Shown here: positions 1-13,900 of the stretch, in pieces
Layout: each line of letters starts with the position of its first letter
Numbering within the stretch: position 1 is the stretch's first letter
Virus record (IMG/VR): IMGVR_UViG_3300044451_000273
Coordinates: 1-55,714 of that record
Reading direction: 5' to 3' (one strand)
Source of the DNA: a virus
Lineage: Duplodnaviria > Caudoviricetes
Length of the DNA: 55,714 nt
Position numbers and translations under genes: made by a program
The notes under the pieces: model-generated
Databases searched by the model: none
The model's input: only the letters and a program-made list of their open reading frames with translations
Told to the model about the DNA's origin: nothing

Positions 1-1041
1 CCATATAGAGAAAAAACAAACTTAATACGAAAATTGGCGAATCCTATAGAAACAATAACGTCTCCCATAAAGCATTCCGACAACATTATAAGTAACAAAT
101 TTTTTTCAGAAAGAAATCCAACAGAAGACTACGAAAGACGACATGTATATGGAACAACATTTCCAGAATGGCAGCGTCCAGTTGAAAGCTTTATTCAGCC
201 AATTTATTATAAAGGAAGTCAAAGAAACCCATTAGTAGCGGCGGCTATTGGCGCAGTTGGATTTGGTTTGATGGCCAAAAATAGTAAGAGAATGTTAATG
301 GGGTTAGCCTCATTTGGTGCACTTTCGGCGGGTAGTTTTTCGGCATTTCAAAAAGTAAAAGAAGAAAAATATATTCCTAGAGAAAGAAAAAGGCAACTTG
401 CGCTAGAAGAGTATACTGATATTCTAACATATGTTAAACACACAACTGCAGCCTCAAGAGCAGAGCAGATAGGAGATTTCGAGTCCGCAAAAGAGTACAT
501 GAATCTATCAAAGCGCACTATGTATGGTGCGGATTTAAATTCTAAATCTATAGATCAGCTTGCATTGGCTGTACCAAAAAGAAAAAGAGATTATTTCAAA
601 GCAATGATTCAAGCTCCTGAATCTGAAAGGGGTAGAATACTTTCTACTGCTCCAAGGTTAGAAAGAAGAATGTATCAAGCAGCTTGGGGAATGCCAGTAG
701 AAAGAAGACCAGATTTAGTTAATTATTTTAGTAGACATGAACTTCCAGACATGAATTGGGAAGGCTGGCATCCAAATACAAATATGGAACATGTAAAAAT
801 AAAAATGGGTCAGTCTATGGGAATAGAAATGTCGCAAATGGGGTTTTATCCTCAACAAATAAAAGAGGCAAACTTGGTTAATCCCTCTTATCCCGTTTTT
901 AATAAATCGAATACGTCAAAAAATGACGTTAGAGGACAGCTTCAAAGGCTGATGTTTGACATGGGGATTAACGGAAGTATAACTCCCGTTGCGAATAATG
1001 CAAATCCAAATCAAGTAAACGTTATGGCTGGGGTAAGATAA
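1..1041 (+). CDS. C-terminal part of a large virion protein (possibly tape-measure-like), truncated at the window edge
   Basis: The frame is open from position 1 to TAA at 1039-1041. It has two hydrophobic Gly/Ala-rich segments and lies directly upstream of tail/baseplate genes. Function is inferred from context only. Confidence 0.5.
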   Translation, partial: PYREKTNLIRKLANPIETITSPIKHSDNIISNKFFSERNPTEDYERRHVYGTTFPEWQRPVESFIQPIYYKGSQRNPLVAAAIGAVGFGLMAKNSKRMLMGLASFGALSAGSFSAFQKVKEEKYIPRERKRQLALEEYTDILTYVKHTTAASRAEQIGDFESAKEYMNLSKRTMYGADLNSKSIDQLALAVPKRKRDYFKAMIQAPESERGRILSTAPRLERRMYQAAWGMPVERRPDLVNYFSRHELPDMNWEGWHPNTNMEHVKIKMGQSMGIEMSQMGFYPQQIKEANLVNPSYPVFNKSNTSKNDVRGQLQRLMFDMGINGSITPVANNANPNQVNVMAGVR

Positions 1042-1042
1042 T

Positions 1043-4000
1043 ATGAACCCTTTATCAAACTTAGGTTTTTCTACCTCCTTTGGAAGAGCTGAGGTTGAAT
1101 CTACAGAAGCTTTTGCTAGGGGTCTTTTAAGGGTACTGGAAGAAGATGGAGTATTCAAGGGTGTTGTTAGCACAATAAGCGGTAAACGTTACCTTTTGGA
1201 TGCTCTGAGTGAGGATCAAAATTTTGGACACATATTACAAGAAGCTCATAGCTATGGGATAAATGAATTCAAATCGATCATTGGATCTAGTTTAGATGAT
1301 GCAGTGGCGGGAAGAGTTGCCGGAACAGGAGCCACATATCAAAGATTAAACGATATAACGAGAAGTCTTAATGAGGGAGTTTTTCGCTCAAGTAGCGAGT
1401 TCGCAAAAGAAGCAAGAAGAATAGCTGGCATAGAGGATTTAGTTGGAAATTTGGAAATTGAGAGAATCGGTTTTATGGAAAGCAAAGAAGTGGAAGGCGG
1501 TCTTACTAAATCGTTGCATAGAGTAATTCTTGGGATGCAAGACCAAATGGCCGCGCCAGTGAACATGCTTGACCCAACTGCGAATGCTGATTTCGGTTTG
1601 TTAAATATTCAAAAAGAATCTGCCACTATGTTAAGATTTAAGGTTGGAGATAAATATTTGACAACAGATCAAATCAACAAACTATTAGTTTACACTGGCT
1701 CAGAAGTATTAGATCCAACAAAAGCTGCTGCTACACTTAATATTGCGGATGACGCAGGAACAGACATACTAACCGAAGTAGGTGGTCAATTTTCAAAAGC
1801 TGCAAAAAGAGAAAAAGCACAGTTATCAGAGCGAAATTTTCAAGTAGGTGACGATGTTGTTAAAAAAATGATTAAATCCATGCAAGAAGCAGCCGTTCTT
1901 CAAAAAATGCCAAATAGAGCAGGCCAAATAAACACTTTAGATGACCTGATACTTCAAATAGATAATCCACTTGAATCTATATTAAAAAGTGTTGGATTAC
2001 AAGATGAATATACCGGAGCGCTACTCGGTGCCGCAAAAGACGATGCAGCCCGCGCAGCAATCTACAGGGAACGAACAGCAACTAGATTAGTTACAGAGGG
2101 ATTGACTGAATTTTCCGAAACCAACCTATTGTGGGATTTAAGCGGTTTTGGTTTTGAGGCAGATAAAGACGCCGCCAATCAAGCGTTTCAGACAGCGATG
2201 GATATCATAAGAGACACAGCCTCTAAGAGAATACAGGAAATTAAATCTGGAGGAGCATCGGCTATAGGAGTTCAAGATTTTATAGACGCAATTAATGCAT
2301 CAGATCAACTAAATGTAGCATCAAAACAAACCATTGTACAATCATTTGCTTCAATGAAAAAAACAATGGATGGTTCACAGTTTGTTACAGATTATATTTT
2401 AGAGTTTCAGGCAAAAAATATACAACAAGCAATGTACGACGTTCAAAAAAATATAAGAACAATTACCGAGGCATCAAAGAAAGGTCCTCTTTCTGCAGAG
2501 CAAAAAACGACTCTTTCAAATCTTGAAATAACCTTTAATGATCTACGTTCGCAATTTAGCAACATATCGAGCGGACCAGCTTTAGATGATGCGGGGAATA
2601 TTGTTGAAAATATTTCAATAAAAGAATTAGATAATCAAACAGCAAGAATTTTTTTCAAAAGACGGTCAATTAAAGTCTCAAGCTGACGTTATTTCCAGGT
2701 CAAGAAATAGGATCGTTGAGACATTACACGATCTTGGCTACATCGGTGTTGGATCTACGGAGCTTATGAAGAAAGAAGTCTCTTTTGGAGCTGGTTCAAG
2801 AATTCCAGGAAAAAAAGCAATAGAAGCTATAACTATGCAGTTAAATCGTGGTAGCCCATCAGATAATGTGTACGCTGACCTTCAGGCATTAATCTTTCAT
2901 TCTGATTTATATGAAAGTGATGTCACAGAATCGATAATAGCTAGCCAAAGAAGGCTTAAAGAAGAATTGGACGAACTTGCTCAGGGTAAACTATCTCCAA
3001 AGCTTAGGGCAAGAATATCAAGAGCAGCAAGTCTTTCGGCAGATGATTACGAAATGCTTAATTTTGAATCTAGAGCGCAACTTCAAAAGCATATTGACCA
3101 AGCTACTTCTCTTCAAAGAGATTTGATACTTGGTCGAGAAAATACCGCAAATATCAAAGGACTCAATGCAAGACTAATAAAATTTCTGAAAAAAGATTAT
3201 CTAAAAACCGCTAAAATATATCAAACCTACAAAGGTAAGATACCAGAACCTACTATGAAGGAAGGTCTGTATCACTTTACAAGACCCCAAGATGTGTTTG
3301 CGAATGTTCCCGTTCTGCCATTTTCTCAAAGAAACTCAATAGACACAGAATCTAGGGTTGCTACCGCTTTTGGAAAAATGAAGCTTGGCGTAGAAGATTC
3401 TCCAGCAACAAAGACTGTTGAATTACCAGATGGTCGGAGTCCTTGAAGCTTTTAAATATAGATTAATGGATCATAAACACATAGTGCCCACTGCAGCAGC
3501 AGAAAAGCTTTATCAGGCATTTGGTGGTTTTGACTTAGACGACAAAGTTATATCTGATTTACATTTCATTAGAGATTCAAGTGGAGCTAGACGATTAGCG
3601 TCTTTTGTTTGGCGTCAACCCACTGGTCCTCAAGAATTTGCCCTGATGTTTCCCCGCTTAGACGAAGACACACTTACTCGATTATTGGGTTCTGAAACGC
3701 AGTTTGCGGAAAGGTTTCAAGCTTTGTCGTCAGCTGCGTCAGATTTGGTGAGTGAGGCAAGGTTGGGGAGATACCCAACAGCTAAGATAAATATTACCGC
3801 AGGTGAACTAGATAAATTAACTAGACAAGAAAAAATTATCAAATATGTTTCCCTAGTGGCAAATGGAAACAGAAAACAGGCGAGAAGATATGTTGAAGGT
3901 TTAGGCGATTATAATACACAGTCATTTTTTGATGATGTAGAAAAAGCAATTTTTACAATTGATGATTTAGGCAGAACAAATGAATTAGGGACGATGCTTG

Positions 4001-7000
4001 GAATATCTGATGATGTTTTTAGATCTAGAAGAAGTGCATTATTGGGATCAAACTTTTTTGGAGAAAATGCAACTATACCAGAATTAAATAATATTATACT
4101 CAATAGGGCAAGACAAGGAGGGTTTCGGAACTCCCCTGAATCTCACTGCAAATGAGATTTCTAGACTAGCTAATGAAAGTCAGAGCTTTGCTGCTCAGTA
4201 TAGACAAAGTTCGTTTATGAAACTATTTGAGTCTAAAATGTCAGTGGGTCAAGATTCAAGATTTGTAGATGACATAGAAAAACTTGTAAACAATAATCTA
4301 GGGCGTTTCGGTTTTAGTGATTCGACTAAATATAGTGACATAGCCGCTGCGCTTAGAGATAAAATAACTCCGAATGCTGGAGGTAGAACCATAACGGATA
4401 CAGAACTGGCATATAGAATAGCTGGTAAATTTCTTAACGATTCATCACTCCCCGAAGATTTGGTTCTAGAAACCCGCACTAGTCTGGCAAATCTCTTTAA
4501 TAGACAACAATTTTTTGGTTTTGGCGTAGATGATGGATTGGGAATTTACATAAACAAACTTGGTTTTGCTGCGTCACTTGATAAGCAAAGATATCAAGCA
4601 CTTCAAGAACTGGAGAGTCTTGCTCGCAATTCTGAATATTCAGAATTAGTTCGACCAATGCTAGATAAACTTAAGACTACGGGAGTACTCATATATAGTC
4701 CGGAAGCAGCAATTGACCCAGCGCTTGCGGGAGGATCGTCTACGTTAAAGGCTGGAGCTACTCCAGAAGAACTCATAAATAGCATTAGGGCATATATATC
4801 TCGGTTTTGGGTCAGTTGAATCTAGCATAATTGCAAGAAGATCAGTGGCAGAAGCGTTAAGTGGTTTAGCCATTCAACAAGAAGTTGATGTGGCAGAAAT
4901 GGTAGCCAGCCCGACGTATCAGAGGGCGGTAACTCTTTTAGCAGAAAGGGGATTATTATCCGAGGGAGAAAAAACACCGTCTTTGGCAAGGGTAATAAGT
5001 GCTTTAATAAATTCTCGGAGACGAAAGCCTTTCTGCATTATCTACTCAATTTCTAGATTTGGGAACAAGTGCAGTGGGGACAAATGCGGTTCGGTCTATC
5101 TTCTAGACTGCATGGAGAAACGTACGCCGCTCAATTAGTACTTGGAGTTGAAGAGGGTCAAATGGTGGGCTTTGATCGAATATCAACGCTACTCAAGGGT
5201 TCTGCGATAACTGACGACATTCAAAGTGATATAGTATTAGCGGGAAATAAATTTACGGATGAAATTATACAATCATTGACTAGTATGGGTATAATTGATA
5301 GTTCGGGCGGCTTGACGACGTTGGGCAAGACATTGAAAAATCAAGATCAGATACTTAAAGTATTGGAAGATATAAAATTCTTAAAAGGTGAAGTCAACAA
5401 GATTACACTTGCGACTTCGCAGAGTAAAACAAACGCTGCTGTTTCTTACAGGGAAAATCTTCTTCGTAGATTTGGTCTTGCTGAAGAAAAGCAATTTGGG
5501 GGCTTGCTTGAAGAAGCTGACAAGATGGAAGAAATGTTTAAAAATGCGCTTAAACAAGCTGCGCAAAGAGAGAAAACGGCCATTGTTCAATTTGATACGA
5601 ATGTCTTTGGTGCCATAACATCTGGAGCAAAAGAGGAAATAAATGCGTATGTAGAAGACCTATCAAAATCAACGGTTTCAGTTCGAGATACCGATGTAAA
5701 AGTCGCCGATCTTTTAGAGAAGCATTACGCAAAACAACAACTTCTAAGCGATTTAGATAACACAGAAAGAATACTACCGTATGGTATGAGTGAAAAGCAG
5801 CGGTGTAGGACTTAAGAGGAGGATTGAAGAATTGACTGGATACGATCTTACTGATGAAAAAACGGTAATTAAAAGAAGCTCTTATGAATATATAATAGAT
5901 ACGTTAAAAGGAGAAATTGCAGAAAATAGAAAAATTGTTGGTCGAAGAGTTATTGATGATTTACAACGCACTGCAGACGCTGCCGAAAGCCCACTCGATC
6001 TTTTGAATAGAATTCGCCTACTCCAAGCAAAATCAATTCAAATAAAAAATTTAGCAGAACCAAACTCCGTAGACGCCGCACTGGCAGATATAATAGAAAA
6101 CGCGCTGGATGGAGGAGCGGGTGTATCATCCATGAGATATAAAGGCGCAGAAATAGCTCTTTCAGATCTTGTTTCATTAGCGGAAAATACAACAAATAAA
6201 AAACTATTAAGTTCGAATCTAACCGCAGTGCAAAGGGATGTTTTTGAAGGTGTTATTGAGCACTTAAGATCGCTTAGTGGTGGAGTAGACGAAACTGTAA
6301 ATGTTCTTGGAAAAGATTATTTAGACAAATTTTTGCAATATACACTAGGACGTACGTACGCCGTAAAGGAGACTAACCAGTTAGGTTCTGTTCCTCAAAT
6401 ATTTGATGAGGTAGTTGTTGATTTCTTTGGTCAGCCGTTAAAAGTAGCAGGTGAGACGTTAAAAGTAGCAAAACCAAAACCACGTATTGAAATTACACCT
6501 CATCAAATTAAGTTAAATCCGGCCTTGACTCTCCCCGATTCTTTAGGAGCGGTCAAGGCTGATACTGATTTTTTGAGAGATCTAATTGCTATTTCGAACG
6601 AAAGCGCAGAAGATATAGAAGAACTTATTAGGGCTGGATTTAAAACAAGACTACAAGCTAAATTACCAGAGGTGGGGCTAACGTTATCAGACGAAGCAAT
6701 TGAAGGCCTGTCTACAAATTATTTGAATATTTTAAGACACATGAGCGCGCTTCATAAGGCAAACGTAGAAGTAGCTCAAGCAGAAACAAGATTATCTGGA
6801 ATAACCTTTACAAAACCAGGCGGAAGCCCAGAAGCGGTTATTGATGCGGCAGCCATGAGCCCCGAAGAGGCAGCTGCAGCCGCCAGTGAAGCAGAAGAAG
6901 AACGTGTTATCAGTTTTATAGATGATTTAAAGGCAGCAGAATCGGCCGCAGACGATGCTAGGGGAGCGCTTGGTTCAGATCCAATTATAACATTGGATGA

Positions 7001-7508
7001 TTTACACAGAAGTATACTTGATGACGCCATAGGTGCGGAAGCAGATGCGGCTACCGCTGCAGCTGGGGGAACTGCAACTGGTAAATTCACTCCTATAGGC
7101 GAAATGTTAAAAAAATATATGAGAGGAGCTGGTCCAAAAACTAGTGCATTTTTGTCACAAAATAAAGGTAAAATTGCCATTGGAGCCGTCGCAACAGGTC
7201 TTGCGGTTATGGGCATTCGAAGATCTAAGGATAAATCTCCAGAAGATATATCTGGGCCTCCACTACTTCCTGGTGGAAACCCTTATGAGAATTTACCCTC
7301 ACAGCCTATTAATTATCCAAGTCCACCACAAGAAGCTGAACAAATGGGCACATCATACAATGTGTCATTAAACGCTTCGCAGGAAGAAATTGATCAGTTT
7401 ATGGAAAGGGCTGGATACTTATCAAACGGTCAAATACAGGGTACTATGCATAATACGCTGCCCAATCTTGGCAACAATTCCTATGATGATATAGCTGGTT
7501 CATTTTAA
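1043..7508 (+). CDS. Tape-measure-like / large helical virion protein, about 2152 aa, interrupted by seven +1 recoding sites
   Basis: Track ORFs 1043-2686, 2766-3446, 3418-4155, 4217-4819, 4845-5138, 5069-5815 and 5790-7508 join stop-free if the C of in-frame CGG at 2663, 3435, 4126, 4802, 5016, 5092 and 5801 is skipped. The product is Ala/Glu/Leu-rich and helical with a C-terminal hydrophobic segment (KIAIGAVATGLAVMGI). The functional call is an inference. Confidence 0.7.
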
Positions 7509-7513
7509 AAAAT

Positions 7514-7993
7514 ATGAGTCTATTAAACGCTGATTATAATAAAAGATTAAAAGATGCAGCTAGCGCCAGGCCAGATACAAGGCCTAGAGTTGGCAAATCT
7601 GTTGATCTTTCCGCTCAGGTTAGCCATATGCCGTCGAGCGGCAAGCCGAGCGTAGTTCAGTCAAATAAAGCTGAAACAACAAATACCGAAGAGACAATTC
7701 CAGTTCCGTCAGATCCAGTTAAGGGATCTTACGAGGGTTATATGAGAAGCGCTCCAGCTTATATACAGGCAAATGGCGCTGGTTACGATAATCCCAAAAA
7801 TCAACAGGCAAGACAGACTAAAAATATATCTGGCAAAAATCAAACACATATTCAAAACATTAAATCGTTGTCAAATTCTTTTAATAGAAATAATAATTCT
7901 GGTATAATGAGAAATTACTCTAGGGCAATGAAGGCTAAAACATCTGGAGCTAAAATAGCTGAAATTAACAAAATAGAAAGAATGTTTAAATAA
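7514..7993 (+). CDS. Hypothetical protein (polar, likely disordered)
   Basis: A 159 aa ORF tightly packed between its neighbours (5 nt and 3 nt gaps). Confidence 0.7.
   Translation: MSLLNADYNKRLKDAASARPDTRPRVGKSVDLSAQVSHMPSSGKPSVVQSNKAETTNTEETIPVPSDPVKGSYEGYMRSAPAYIQANGAGYDNPKNQQARQTKNISGKNQTHIQNIKSLSNSFNRNNNSGIMRNYSRAMKAKTSGAKIAEINKIERMFK
7900..7908 (+). promoter_or_regulatory. Possible extended -10 promoter (TGGTATAAT)
   Basis: Perfect TGnTATAAT about 90 nt upstream of the gene at 7997. It lies inside a CDS in AT-rich DNA, so it could be chance. Confidence 0.3.
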
Positions 7994-7996
7994 TTT

Positions 7997-10900
7997 ATGC
8001 CGATGAATCAAGAGTCGTTTAAGTATATCAAAGAAATCGCAAATGAATATATAAAAGAACTTAATTCATTTATTACTTCTGCTGGAGGAACAACAGGAAA
8101 TCCAATAACCATTTATATGTATAAGTTGTATTTATACAATTTATTAACAAGAGATGAAAAATACGTAAAGCCGTCAGGTAAATCTGAATTTTATGCAAAT
8201 GAATCATCGATACCTTCAGCAAGAAAAATATTAATTCCAGACACATCTGACTCCGAATGGGTTTCCGCCAGAATGGCGGCAGTGAGAAAATCAATAACCC
8301 TTCATAGTCCAAGTAAAACAAATCCCACAGATTCAGATATTGTAGAATATTTAAGAAAATTTGACAGTAGCATACCGACAAATGCACAAATACCCCTAAC
8401 TGATCCTGTTTTTAAAAATGCATGGGATAAATGGTATAAACCCGACAAGTCAGATGTATATGAAGAATATGGAGCTTTTACACCAAATAATATCCCGTCT
8501 GCCTTAGTCATTGCCAATGCAATAAAAAATAGATTATCCAATTTCAACTTCAACGCTACTGATTCCACTAAGGTACAACAACCCACGGTAGACCCAAACC
8601 AAGGTGGCGCTACCGAAGAATCAATTGACATATCTTCAGAAAGACTGGATGCACTAGAAAGATTTTTGATGCATTCTCGGCTATGAGGGTATTGGATCCG
8701 TCACTTCTTCTCAGCAGTTTATGAATGTACTTAGGAGCAGAACTGATCATGACTTTGTTATGACCCTAAAAGAGGGGACGAACGATTATCTTTTCTGGGA
8801 CAAATACGCAAGTCCCGAAACGCAGTTGTTTAGGGCAATTATAGCACCAATAGAAGGTATAAGTAGTTTAGATCAAAAAAATCAGAAAAATCTTTTTGAT
8901 AAAATTGACGCCTCTGGCCTTTTTGAGTTGGCAGCATATGCAGACGTAATACGCTCTTACGGTAGGAAAAGATTTGCCAACTTATCAACCGTTAAAGCAT
9001 CAGCGGCAAACCCACTTGACGCAGCTAGAGACACCTTTTGGTTGCTCTCTTTAAGTAAGGTTTTGCAGACATTAACTAGAGATCAGATTCTACTTGCAAC
9101 GCTATATAGGTATTTCCCCGATCTCGTCGTATTTTTCTTTAATGCTCTTGCCCTTACGGCAGACTATTCGAATGATGGCAAGGGGGGTGGTTCTGAAGAT
9201 AGGCTAAACGATCCGCAGGAAATCTTAAACGATTTGATGACAGCCTTTGGTCAAAAAGATGGCGTTAACATTTTTGAAGGAGCTTGGGATTTAATAAACA
9301 CTGGTCAAAGAATTGAAAAGGCTTTAAGAGAATTTCCATTTAGACAAAACATACCACCAGCAGCTCCTGATATATTCCATCTTCGTATAGGCGCTTCAAA
9401 TTTTTATATTCCTCCAATCAATATTGATGTGCAAACTCAATTTAAGGTAAGCAGTTTAGGTGAGGGCGCACTGCGACAAAAAAATACACCCAAGTTTAAT
9501 GCCGGATACAAGCACACAGCAATATCAATGCAATTGTATTTTCCAAATTATGAAGAAATATGGGGAATATCAATTGACGAAGCTTCTAAGATAAAACTTA
9601 AAGATAATTTCACTATAGACTTTAGCGGTGTTGGCGACAGCGACGCCAAAATAGATAAATTTCTCTCTTCACTAAGGGGACTTGTCGCCGCATTTAAATA
9701 CGCACCATTCCTACCTGTAAGAAATCAGTATTTAAACTCAGTGTATGGTATTACCGGTGTTGCACTACACAGTATGTCTATTTCTACAATAACTAATTAT
9801 CCTTTTGCTCTTGTTGTTAATTTAGAGTTATATAATTTTAATCACAAACCATTCCTACCAATGATTAATGATTTTAATCAAGCTGTTCATTGGGGCAAAT
9901 TTAGACAATACATGGGCAAAGCCGCTGGCGCACTTCATAATTATATAAATGAGGAATTCTTAATGGTTGAATCAGATGATGTAGTTAGCACTCCCGTCAA
10001 AGAGTCTTTAAACAAACAGTGGGCTTCAGATAGAAACGCCCAAAATCAACAAGATGGTCAATCTGACTCAGATGGATTGCTTGGATATAAAAATAATGTA
10101 TTCACAACTAATGTAGTTCGAGAATGGACGAATGGAAGTAATATTACTTTTTATGTTCCCCAAGAAACACAGACAAAAATATTTACTCCAGATTTGTATG
10201 GATTTAGAAATTCAGAAGAAGAGCTTCTAGATGATACGGCTAGATCAACATGGGCTAGTTTTCTTTTTAAGCTTGGAATTGACGTAAACGAATCAGCTGG
10301 TTATGGAAGAACTTTGGATTCTGTTATTACGACTTCAGTAGGAAACATATTTGAATATACAGTTAGGCAAAAAGTAGTAGATAGTATAGATATACTTACT
10401 GCGGGTTTGTCGGCTGAAGATTTCCAGAGAAAAGCATATGCGTTTTTGATAGAGAGTTTTATAAGACAAAATGCATCTAGCTTAGATTCTCAAAGAAAAA
10501 ACTTTTTAAGAGATTTTTCCAATGATTCTAATGCCTATACGGAAACATCACAACAATATATGTTTGGTCCAATTACTTTTAAGAATGAAACTTTACTTCA
10601 AATAAAACTGTTTTTCAGAGGTAAGGCATTAAGCGTAACCTCATACCTGGATCTGTTAGTCGACCAAGAACTGCAAAAACTTATCGTAAATGCCGACACA
10701 AAATGGAATACTAAAAAAATAGAGGAAGAAAGAGAAAAAATTAAAAAACAATACGGCAATGCATACAGCGCCCTTGTCTATGAAAGATTTTTTAGAGCCG
10801 GTCCCATTAGGGATTTAATGGAAGCCGCAAGACAAAGAAGTGGAAAATTCCAATTAAGGGAATGGGAAGTTCCAATGATTAGAGTGGATATAGATCCTGC

Positions 10901-13900
10901 TGTTGCAATAGTCACAGACGTTTCTGTTTCGATGAGCAATAATATTATTCCGTTACAAGTTCAAATGTTAGAAGAACCAACTTATCAGCATATTGGTGGT
11001 GGAGACAGTTATATTTCTATTTCAATAAAAGTTTTTGGAGAAAAAGAATTAATAAAACTTAGAAAAATATTTGATCACATTAACGGACTGGCTAGATTAG
11101 AAAACGCTGCTGGCGTTATGGGATTTATGGGAATCAAAAATATTATTACCGCATTGTCTGGAATAAAATATGTGCTTCCTCTTTCTTTTAATGTTTCAAC
11201 TATACCGAATTTTCCCCACGTGTATGATGTTTCATTAAGATTGGTAGACTTTGATATATTCCAGCAGAAGAGAGAAAAACTTTCTTCTGATCAGCAGAAA
11301 AAATTAATTGAAGAATTTGGAACGAAAAAAAATCCATTTTTGAGAATTAAGCAACTATGGGGAGCCTTCAATGCATACCCAGATTTCCCACTAGAACTAA
11401 GAAACAAAGATGGAGAGGTAGTAGGTTGTCTTGATCCAGATTTTTATTTCAGATCATTCGAAATGCTTGATAAAGATGTAGTTAGCAGTATAACCACAAA
11501 TAAAGGAAAGCTAGCAAAACTAGATGTAGAGCCAATCAATTTGAGTGATACAATTAAAATTGTAACACCCTATGGTGGTATGGTATATAAAAATGAGAAT
11601 GTAGTTGCCGTATTTAAAGAATACATTAATAAAAATGATTTAAATGGATTAAAACGCTACGCTAACTTAACGCTTAATTTGAATTCTTCACAAATTGCCT
11701 CTTTTATAGTTGAGGCTATGAAAACAGACGCAAACGAAAAATTCTTATTAGACTATGTAGATAGTTTAGAAGAGAGCGATTTTCCACAAAAAGACATTGC
11801 TGACGCATCTTTTAAAATTGTTTCTGGTCAATTGAAAATGGGAGACATTTACTCTAGGGATCCAGAAGCAGCCGCAGCATTGCAAAAAGCGCTAAGCAAC
11901 AGCACAAAAAATTCAGAAGATGATAAATATATAAGTTTTAATCCAGACGAACTAGATGCCCACGCTGTAATTCATACATTTCCAGCTGTAGAAAATCCAA
12001 ATGACTCAAAAATTCCGTCTATTATGCAAACGGCAGATGGATATCAGTTGGGTTATATTGACAAGGCAAATGGAAGATTTTATCTGACGATTGATGACGT
12101 AGCGGTGAAGAAAGACGCATCAATAAACTATATAGGGATTACAGATATACAAACTCCGGATAGGGGAACAACAAAAAGCCTTACTGGAGTACCTGGCGCA
12201 GCCGCTCTTTCTCAGTATCAATACGCCTTTTCGTCTGGAGATACCTCTAAACCAGAAACAATGAATACTCAAAAAAACGCAAAGTCTACTAGCGAACATT
12301 GGGAAAAAATGATGGTAGATACATCCTATAGGGATATTTCTGGAAGAATGGTTAGAGCCTTCCCAACATATATGTTATGGCTTATTTCTGAAAGAACGTT
12401 TGCTGGAACGAAACTTTTTGATAATTTTTATGGTTTACAATCAATTATCGACTTTTCAATAGTTTCCTCTGAAGATATGTTGGGTGATACTCTTGTGTTT
12501 AGGGTTTCTAATATGTACTCCAAATTGTCTACCAAAGAAATGACAGCAATATTTAATGGCGGCTTAGGAGAGCAGGAATCAAAGCCTGGGTTAGATCAAT
12601 TGTCACTGACAAGTGGTATGGAGCAGATAATAGATAGGACCCTAAATACAGCAAGAAACATGCTCGGCCACATGGAATCGCAGTATGTCGTAGATATTGA
12701 AAATATTAGATTAAAACCTGGGGTAAGAGTTCACCTTAGAGTTGGCTACGGATCTAATCCAAATTCTTTGGAGACCGTTTTTAATGGACTTATTACAGAG
12801 GTTGAACTTGGGGAGGTCGTTACCGTTACGTGCCAGTCCGATGCAATAGAGCTGAGTCCAATCGTTAACTCTGTGGATAAAAAGGGCTCTAGCGGTAAGA
12901 TTGACGGTGGATTAAATACTGGACTTTACTTATCGGAACCAAGAGATCTTATGGTTCGCCTTCTTTCGATGGGAAGCTCCAGGGTAAGAGAGGCATTTGC
13001 GTACGCCACTAGAGGACTAATTTTTTCAGAAAATAAATTTCGGTATTAAACACTTTGGAATGATACCCTACGCTCCACTGAACGAAATAGAGTTAAATAG
13101 AAATCTAGGCATAAGGAATGCAATTGGCGATACTTTACTGGCGATGGGTAATTCTGGAGGCAGTGGTCCAATCAGTTCAGCTGCGGGTATAGTTAGCGCA
13201 GGCATCGGTCAAGTAGCTGGGGGATTAAATCCGTTTGGCAACAACGCCAACCAAACTGGCCTGTCTGTTGGAGCAGATTTCCGAATTCCAGTTATTGGCT
13301 ACATGAGGACCATGTGGTCGAATTTTGCAGCTCAAAGAGATCTTGAAGTATTTAAAAGAAATATTTATCCTGGTAATGGAACTGGAATCGCCCAATTTCT
13401 TGGTGGTGATCTTGGAGATGGCTGGACAAACGCTGCCACTCTAACTCCCGAAGACAACCCAAATCCCAGATTACACTATTTGGATAGACTAACAGACGCC
13501 TCTTGGAATGATCTTTTGAGAAGATATGATAGCGGAGACAGCGCAGCAGCAGCGGCAGTTGATATCGCCAGTGCAGGAAAAGAATCAAGATCCAGCGGAG
13601 GAAAAGCTTCTGTGCTGTTAAGCGGTTCTTTACTCGCAGCTGGCGCAGCGCTGGCGGTGGGCACTGGCGGATTGGCTCTTCCTTTCATTGGTGGAGTTAC
13701 TGCAGCTTTTGGTGGAGCTACATTACTTGGTTCTTTATCTGGAAGAGGCGGAGCAAATATTTTTCAAACACTTGGACTTATAAGCACACTTGATGACGAC
13801 ATGCCTGGATTTGATGAAGTATCATTTAGAGCACAAACATATATGAAAACGGTTTGGGAAATGTTTCAGCTGTGTGCAAGATTACTGCCAAACTATATTG

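Noticed and set aside
5087-5089. Apparent in-frame CGG in track ORF 5069-5815 that does not shift
   Set aside because: It lies upstream of the point (5093) where the joined gene enters that frame. In the true frame it reads AAT GCG GTT.
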